From positions 39,971 to 103,970 of the forward strand of contig JBMOPW010000016.1 in the NCBI GenBank assembly GCA_049322915.1: a DNA stretch of 64,000 nt, read 5' to 3'. Shown piece after piece: positions 58,183 through 64,000 of this stretch (position 1 is the stretch's first letter; the number at the start of each line of letters is the position of its first letter). The notes beneath the pieces were generated by a model, which did no database searches, was not told where the DNA came from, and saw only the letters and a program-made list of their open reading frames with translations. This DNA is from Candidatus Zhuqueibacterota bacterium (GTDB lineage Bacteria > Zhuqueibacterota > Zhuqueibacteria > Thermofontimicrobiales > Thermofontimicrobiaceae). Both the position numbers and the translations under genes were made by a program.

Positions 58183-59286
58183 TTATTCTGCCAATTTAAG
58201 ACAATAAGACTTTTCATCTGGTGGAAGTGAAATTAGAACATTGCACCGATTGAAAATTTGAGTCTGTTTATATCCACCCTGATTGGATATAATCATTTCT
58301 TTATTTATCCAATATTCTGGAATAGTTAGTTCGATCGTTAAAGGCTGACTGTAAAAATTATTATCGAGTTCATCGCTCAACATTAAAGTTAAAGTTTCAA
58401 TTTTGCCCTGAATATTTTTAGATATTAGAAGGTCAATTTTGGTTTTGTTTTTTTCTAAAATATATAAATTGATATCATTCATAGAGGCGACCCAAAAGTC
58501 ACGACTTTTTATTGATTCGACATTTTTCACAAACTCGTCCCATTTAAAAAAGCCATATCCATTCTCCTCGCCAATTGAATGATAGGCTAAAATTAACCAG
58601 GCGCGGGATGCAATCGCTTGGTCCAGAATTGGTACAAGTTCATTGTTATCATTCACGCACTCTTCGTTATTAGCATAAGATAAATCTTGCATTACAACGG
58701 ATGGAAGCTGATACCAATTTTGCGGCTCTGATAAAGAATCTGGAATAATCCATGGTTTGTTCATTCCTTTAAAAAAATGCATTCGACCAGACAAAAAGCC
58801 CGCTTCGTGCAACGCATTTTGTGTTTCATTTTTTAGACCGCCACTTGCAGGATAGGCATAAGCAATAGGTTTTAAATTCCAGCTTATTAACGTTTGATAA
58901 CATAGAGAAAAAGAATTCAATTTTTCTTCGTAACTTAAAGCATCATGATCAAAATGCCAATGACCATGCCCATAGTATCCAAAACCAGATGGTATCAAAT
59001 AGTTTAATAAATAATCTTTTAGCTCAGGATGACAAAGATAATAGCTAGTCACTATTTCATAATCGATCGTCATATTTTGAGACAACAAATAATTTTGAAG
59101 CATAATATTTGAATCACTCATTGGATTACCATGGTCGTAAGTCAAGGATATAGCGGCTCGACAATTGCCAAACCATTTTGTGATTTTCGCATTTGCCGAG
59201 TATTGTTCTGGTTCATAAGCATTTTTCATATCACAATTTAACCATAACATCAGCCATAGAAATAAATATGCATTCAATATTTTCAT
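58183..59286 (-). CDS. Polysaccharide deacetylase-like (NodB/CE4 fold) lipoprotein
   Basis: WLNC lipobox-like; AAISLTYDHG (TFDDG variant), GHGHWH, YAYP, WLILAYH. Confidence 0.7.
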   Translation of the reverse strand: MKILNAYLFLWLMLWLNCDMKNAYEPEQYSANAKITKWFGNCRAAISLTYDHGNPMSDSNIMLQNYLLSQNMTIDYEIVTSYYLCHPELKDYLLNYLIPSGFGYYGHGHWHFDHDALSYEEKLNSFSLCYQTLISWNLKPIAYAYPASGGLKNETQNALHEAGFLSGRMHFFKGMNKPWIIPDSLSEPQNWYQLPSVVMQDLSYANNEECVNDNNELVPILDQAIASRAWLILAYHSIGEENGYGFFKWDEFVKNVESIKSRDFWVASMNDINLYILEKNKTKIDLLISKNIQGKIETLTLMLSDELDNNFYSQPLTIELTIPEYWINKEMIISNQGGYKQTQIFNRCNVLISLPPDEKSYCLKLAE

Positions 59287-59483
59287 CTCAACGCTCCTCG
59301 AAGTATGTTCTTTTTTGTGTAACTATATCTTGATAACTTTGAAATTAAGCCAGCAAACGATTACTTGCTCAAACGTTGAGCATTTCAGTAGGAGCTAACT
59401 TCGCATTACTCAGTTCAACTTTAATTATTAATATTTTCCACAGCTTAAAGTATGAATTGAAAATGAAGAAATGCACATGATTT

Positions 59484-60434
59484 TCATGGATAGTCTTTCG
59501 CGAATAAATCAGCCATTTCTTTAAAATAATTTTCACCAGTCATCTTAAAAAGCATGTTAAGCTGATCGATATGAACTTGATGGTAACTTGCTTCAGGAAT
59601 ATGTTTGTGTTTCAGACAATAGTAACTTATTCCGCCTGGATTTCGAAACTGATCGATACAATGGTAGATTGTAGTAATGCCAGCCTGAAGTAGTTCTTTA
59701 CAAAGTTCATTATTTGTTAATTGATAGTAGTCATAAAGACCATAAATCCCGAATATAAAACCATTCAAGGTGTGATCCGGAATTTCTAATGGATATTCTT
59801 CAATCCAATAGTAATTCGCTGAATCGGTCATCACAGTCCATGGATTAGATGAGACTTTGAAATTGTTAAAGCTTGTAAAAATCTGGTCGGCAATTTCAGC
59901 GTATTTTTTTTCATTGGTCATCTTGTACAACCTGACAAATGCTGAAAGTGTTTGTCCTTGCGCCATGCCTGAATACCAAGGGCTATACAGTATATCACCT
60001 CCATGAAGGGTAAAATTAAAGGAGTAAGGAAAATAAAGTGCATTATTGGAAAGTGTGGATATCTCGATTAGCTTATCAGCGAACAAATTTGATCGTTTTA
60101 TGTAATCGTAATTATTGGTGATTCTATAAGCGTTTAAATATTGTAGAATCCACTGAGCAAGCTGAACTGGGTGATAATATTTTTCTCCTCTATAGTTAAA
60201 TAAAATAACTCCCTGTTCATCTTTTTCAAATGGGTAGTCTAGGGAGAGTGCGATATTCCCGCTATATGGAGCGTCATCGTAGCTCAATGCATTGATATTA
60301 AAGGGAGTAATTAGGTACGTAATTCTTTCAGGCTCTGGACTTTGACAATCACGACAGTTTATCGATGAATGCACAATAATAGTTGCAAGTAAAAGGATTA
60401 TAATTGAATTAGTTTTTATTAACTTGATTCGCAT
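59484..60434 (-). CDS. D-glucuronyl C5-epimerase family protein (exported)
   Basis: HPVQLAQ, WYSGMAQGQ.LS...R, WIEEYP, TLNGFIFGIYGLYDY, YHQVHIDQL: hallmark GLCE C-terminal motifs. N-terminal signal. Confidence 0.88.
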   Translation of the reverse strand: MRIKLIKTNSIIILLLATIIVHSSINCRDCQSPEPERITYLITPFNINALSYDDAPYSGNIALSLDYPFEKDEQGVILFNYRGEKYYHPVQLAQWILQYLNAYRITNNYDYIKRSNLFADKLIEISTLSNNALYFPYSFNFTLHGGDILYSPWYSGMAQGQTLSAFVRLYKMTNEKKYAEIADQIFTSFNNFKVSSNPWTVMTDSANYYWIEEYPLEIPDHTLNGFIFGIYGLYDYYQLTNNELCKELLQAGITTIYHCIDQFRNPGGISYYCLKHKHIPEASYHQVHIDQLNMLFKMTGENYFKEMADLFAKDYP

Positions 60435-60636
60435 TTAATATTCCTTTCTACTCAACGGTTGTTCAGATAGATAGTATTTGTAAAAAAGAAATGCTGTTAT
60501 AATATTAGTGACTAAAAAATACTTAGAGTAACATCAACAGAATTCTGGAAATGACTAAATATCAATGAAAGCATATTTCTTCAGTCGACTAAAACTTCGA
60601 ACAGATCGCTAACAACGTGATTATTTAAATTGTGTA

Positions 60637-60665
60637 ATAATAGTATTTTTGTTATTAATAGTCAA
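60637..60665 (-). promoter_or_regulatory. sigma70-type promoter for the epimerase-deacetylase pair
   Basis: TTGACT-N17-TATTAT on the minus strand. Confidence 0.6.
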
Positions 60666-60967
60666 GAAAAATTTCAGTTGACCTTCATGAAAGGCAAAGT
60701 AATTTTTTCACTCTTGGCTTCAATGATAATTATTTTTTCCATTGATTAAAAATTTAGACAATCTCACATAAAAGAATCACTCACGCACGTTCACAGGGAT
60801 ATTTTTTTCCTGGAACGAAAGTTGTATAGCCATGTATAACAAAGTGACTAAAATTTTCAAACGGTGATGCCAGACGACTGTGTTGTCCGCGATAGCCATA
60901 TTTCAGGACTTTGAGTGGCATATACGTTTTGATGCGAAAAATGGAACGCGTTCAAGTGGGATGAGAT

Positions 60968-61900
60968 ATGGTACAAACATCAAAAAGATTCCGCAGAGTT
61001 TATCAGAGCTTAACCAATTTTGAACTCCAGAGAACGTCATCCGCCGATAAGCTCATTTCGACGGAAGACATTCTGGGCGATTTGGAGGAAAAGGAACGAC
61101 CCCATTTGTTCCTGAATTTTTACTCGGAATTGGGAATCCAGAAAGCGCTCGAAGAATATGGCATTTTCCACGATTTGAACAAGCGCGGTTTTTTTAATTT
61201 CATCACACGAATCGATGCGCAGGACCCCTATCGGCATACGCTGAAATTGTTCTACGAGAAGGAAGACGTCGACCACCTGCTGGGCGAGTTGTATGTTCGG
61301 AAAAAATATTTCATTGCCAAGCCTGTCTTCCCTTCGGAAATTTCCGGCCAGAAATTTTCCATGATCGTGATAGAATGGCTCACGCTGCAAGACCCCACTG
61401 CGGAGTTCACAACGCGACGTCCCCCGTTGCCGGGACAAATTTTCCCCGGGCTGAGGATCGGGCGAAAAATTGTGGGGATTTTTGTGAATATGGCGCTGCG
61501 GCTCAAGACGGATGGACTGCTCAATATTCCGGACCATTACCACAATGCCGTGTTTTATTCGAAGCATTTCAAATATTTCAATCCGACCACCGAGGGACAG
61601 TTTTTGGCCATGCAGCGTGATTTGCGCATGTTGGGTTTATTCAAAGCCGCCTGGGCTGTGGAATTGAATTGCATTCTCGAAGAAAATTCCAGCAAGCCGT
61701 GGCAGTGGTTCACGGACGAACAGGTCCTGTTTGTGAGCAGAAAAATGGAGAAGTATTTTGAGGCGGATGAATACCAGGATCATGTGGCCGAAGCGTTCGC
61801 TCAATACAAATTCACCATTGATGAGGAGAAGTTCAACCATTTGATCAAAGAGCAGCCATTTTGCGCCATGGTTCCTGAATTGATGGAGCAAATGGCGTAA
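60968..61900 (+). CDS. Hypothetical protein with GNAT-like motif arrangement
   Basis: IEWLTLQDP...RPPLPGQIFPGLRIG...DGLLNIPDHYHNAVFY. Confidence 0.6.
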   Translation: MVQTSKRFRRVYQSLTNFELQRTSSADKLISTEDILGDLEEKERPHLFLNFYSELGIQKALEEYGIFHDLNKRGFFNFITRIDAQDPYRHTLKLFYEKEDVDHLLGELYVRKKYFIAKPVFPSEISGQKFSMIVIEWLTLQDPTAEFTTRRPPLPGQIFPGLRIGRKIVGIFVNMALRLKTDGLLNIPDHYHNAVFYSKHFKYFNPTTEGQFLAMQRDLRMLGLFKAAWAVELNCILEENSSKPWQWFTDEQVLFVSRKMEKYFEADEYQDHVAEAFAQYKFTIDEEKFNHLIKEQPFCAMVPELMEQMA

Positions 61901-62095
61901 CCTGATTTGGGCAGGGAACCGCTCGTGAATCGATCGCTTCGTGAACTGGCAGCGTCTGTTGTGATCATCCAGGCAATGCCCGCAGTCGACGCGATTCGGC
62001 GGCACGAATTAGAACTCGCAGGAAAGACTCCAGCTTCGTTTTTGGTGGAAAGACCAGGTTGTTTTTTCATAGAATTTTATTTCAATAATAAATGC

Positions 62096-62142
62096 AAACA
62101 CCCGAAATCACAATGTTCCTTCGATTTCGGGTGTTTTATTTT
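62096..62142. terminator. Bidirectional terminator
   Basis: AAACACCCGAAATC...GATTTCGGGTGTTT stem followed by TATTTTTT. Confidence 0.78.
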
Positions 62143-62172
62143 TTACCATTGGCGTTGAACAATGTATCAAAA

Positions 62173-63537
62173 TTAATCCACAGGTGGATAATCTTCGATC
62201 ATCTTCAGCGTCTCCTGAATTTGCTTTTCCGGCAATTCGTAGTTCGTCAGTTGGCCATCATTGAATTTATCGTAGGAGCCCATATCAAAATGGCCGTGGC
62301 CGCTGAGGTTGAACAGAATTGTCTTTTTCTGGCCTTCCTTTTTAGCCTTTTCTGCCTCGACGATGGTGGCGCGAATGGCATGCGACGATTCCGGCGCCGG
62401 GAGAATGCCTTCGGTGCGGGCGAAGAGACGAGCCGCTTCAAACACTTCGATCTGTTTGTAGGCGGCAGCTTCGATGTGTTTTTCCCGAACCAGGTGGCTG
62501 ATGAGCGGCGCCATACCATGATAGCGCAAACCGCCGGCATGGATTGGAGGCGGAACAAACTTATGGCCCAGCGTGTACATGGCCATGAGCGGCGTCATTT
62601 CCGCGTTGTCGCCAAAATCATAGGCATACGGTCCGCGAGTCAGCGTGGGACACGATGCCGGCTCCACCGCAATTGCCCGGACTTTCTGCCCTTCGAATTT
62701 ATCTTTGCAGAATGGGAAAACCAATCCCGCAAAATTGCTGCCCCCGCCGACGCATCCGATGATGACATCCGGATAGTCGCCGGCGATTTCCATCTGCTTT
62801 TTCGCTTCAAGTCCCACAATGGTCTGATGCAGCAGCACATGGTTCAGCACGCTTCCCAGCGAGTATTTGGTATCTTCGCGGCTTACCGCTTCTTCCACTG
62901 CTTCGCTTATGGCGATGCCCAGGCTGCCGGGGGAATCCGGATTCTCCGCCAGAATCATGCGACCGGCATTGGTCTCATTGCTGGGACTTGGAATAACCGT
63001 AGCGCCCCACGTCATAATCATGGCGCGGCGATACGGCTTCTGCTGATAGCTGATTTTCACCATGTAAACTTTGCATTCGATCCCAAAGTAATTGCAGGCA
63101 AGGCTCAGCGCGCTGCCCCATTGACCGGCGCCTGTTTCGGTGGTGATGCGTTTCACGCCTTCCATTTTGTTGTAATAGGCCTGAGCCACCGCAGTATTGG
63201 GTTTATGGCTGCCGGCCGGACTGACGCCTTCATATTTATAATAGATTTTTGCCGGCGTATCCAGCGCCTTTTCCAGCCGCCAGGCGCGGTACAGCGGAGA
63301 TGGCCGCCATAATCTATAAATATCCCGCACTTCATCCGGAATGTCGATCCAGCGATCGGTGCTCACTTCCTGCTTGATCAACTCCATCGGAAACAGCGGA
63401 GCCAGGTCGGCCGGCCCCACCGGCTGTTTTGTCCCCGGGTGAAGCACCGGCGGCATGGGCTTTGGTAAATCAGCTTGAATGTTGTACCATTGACGCGGTA
63501 AATCTTTTTCGTGCAATAGGATTTTCGTGTCGCTCAT
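62173..63537 (-). CDS. trpB2: TrpB2-type tryptophan synthase beta (PLP enzyme)
   Basis: [74 protein letters not shown]. Confidence 0.95.
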   Translation of the reverse strand: MSDTKILLHEKDLPRQWYNIQADLPKPMPPVLHPGTKQPVGPADLAPLFPMELIKQEVSTDRWIDIPDEVRDIYRLWRPSPLYRAWRLEKALDTPAKIYYKYEGVSPAGSHKPNTAVAQAYYNKMEGVKRITTETGAGQWGSALSLACNYFGIECKVYMVKISYQQKPYRRAMIMTWGATVIPSPSNETNAGRMILAENPDSPGSLGIAISEAVEEAVSREDTKYSLGSVLNHVLLHQTIVGLEAKKQMEIAGDYPDVIIGCVGGGSNFAGLVFPFCKDKFEGQKVRAIAVEPASCPTLTRGPYAYDFGDNAEMTPLMAMYTLGHKFVPPPIHAGGLRYHGMAPLISHLVREKHIEAAAYKQIEVFEAARLFARTEGILPAPESSHAIRATIVEAEKAKKEGQKKTILFNLSGHGHFDMGSYDKFNDGQLTNYELPEKQIQETLKMIEDYPPVD

Positions 63538-63582
63538 TTTTTTCTCCTTTGGATTAGAAGTAAATATGAATAGACGTGTTTG

Positions 63583-64000
63583 TTATTCATCAAACAAAAA
63601 CGTCGGCTCATGATAAAACCGAATTGATTTATCTTTGATTTGATCGTTGATTCGCTTGTTCAGCCAATGGTTCTTTTGTGCCGCGGAAACATCGAAGCGC
63701 AGCAAGTCCAGTGGCACATTCAATCGAAGCGCCCGCTTTGGCAGAATAATGCGGGTGATTCCGCTGGGAATTCTCATCCCGTGGTCGGTCACCTGCACAA
63801 GTTCTTCTTTGGTAATTTTACGAAACACAATGAGGGCGCTGAATTGAGGGTAATTATTTTTGAGATGCTCCAGATTGGTGTAGCTCACGCGGTCCATGAA
63901 TTGCGAACCGTGATACAAATCGGTAATGCCTTGTAAATCTCTCACGCGTTGAAACAAATCCTCGTGCGCGCGCACAGCAAAGATAGAGGCATCGGCAAAT
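63583..64000 (-). CDS. SbnI/SerK-like (ParB/Srx fold) protein, C-terminal part; frame open to the window edge
   Basis: IPSGITRIILPKRALRLNVPLDLL...W...IRFYHEPTFLFDE resembles, from recall, the SbnI C-terminal pattern PxGxTR...RxLxLxVPLxLL...RxYxExxxL. No in-frame stop up to 64000. Confidence 0.65.
   Translation of the reverse strand, partial: FADASIFAVRAHEDLFQRVRDLQGITDLYHGSQFMDRVSYTNLEHLKNNYPQFSALIVFRKITKEELVQVTDHGMRIPSGITRIILPKRALRLNVPLDLLRFDVSAAQKNHWLNKRINDQIKDKSIRFYHEPTFLFDE

Noticed and set aside
62092..63312. 406-aa ORF antisense to trpB2
   Set aside because: Shadow ORF that starts within a terminator hairpin.

Overview
A 64-kb bacterial chromosomal window, mostly about 50% GC by eye. 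Gene content (short RpoD-type sigma factor lacking region 1.1, YjbH-type barrel, BNR-repeat protein, many lipoproteins) suggests a diderm FCB-superphylum organism such as KSB1/Calditrichota (inference). About 47 CDS are supported. They include housekeeping genes (sucCD, murE, mutM, dusB, tyrA, dat, arcC, yhaM, trpB2), an SNF2 helicase, and a visibly AT-rich Wzx/Wzy polysaccharide locus (~50.7-60.9 kb) with a convergent deacetylase-like plus glucuronyl C5-epimerase pair. No rRNA, tRNA, CRISPR array or autonomous transposase was seen. Most interesting: (1) an SbnI/SerK-like free-serine-kinase gene immediately upstream of an O-phosphoserine-dependent TrpB2; (2) a minimal secreted protein ending in a TWGxIK tail where a T9SS sorting domain would normally sit; (3) an ArcE-type arginine synthetase near carbamate kinase and sucCD; (4) three GTAAC-capped MITEs with 8-bp target duplications but unrelated structured interiors; (5) a catalytically dead RNase HIII paralog divergent from a MinD/FlhG-like ATPase with a Cys4 tail; (6) the epimerase/deacetylase pair. 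All family calls come from motif recognition, not database searches.
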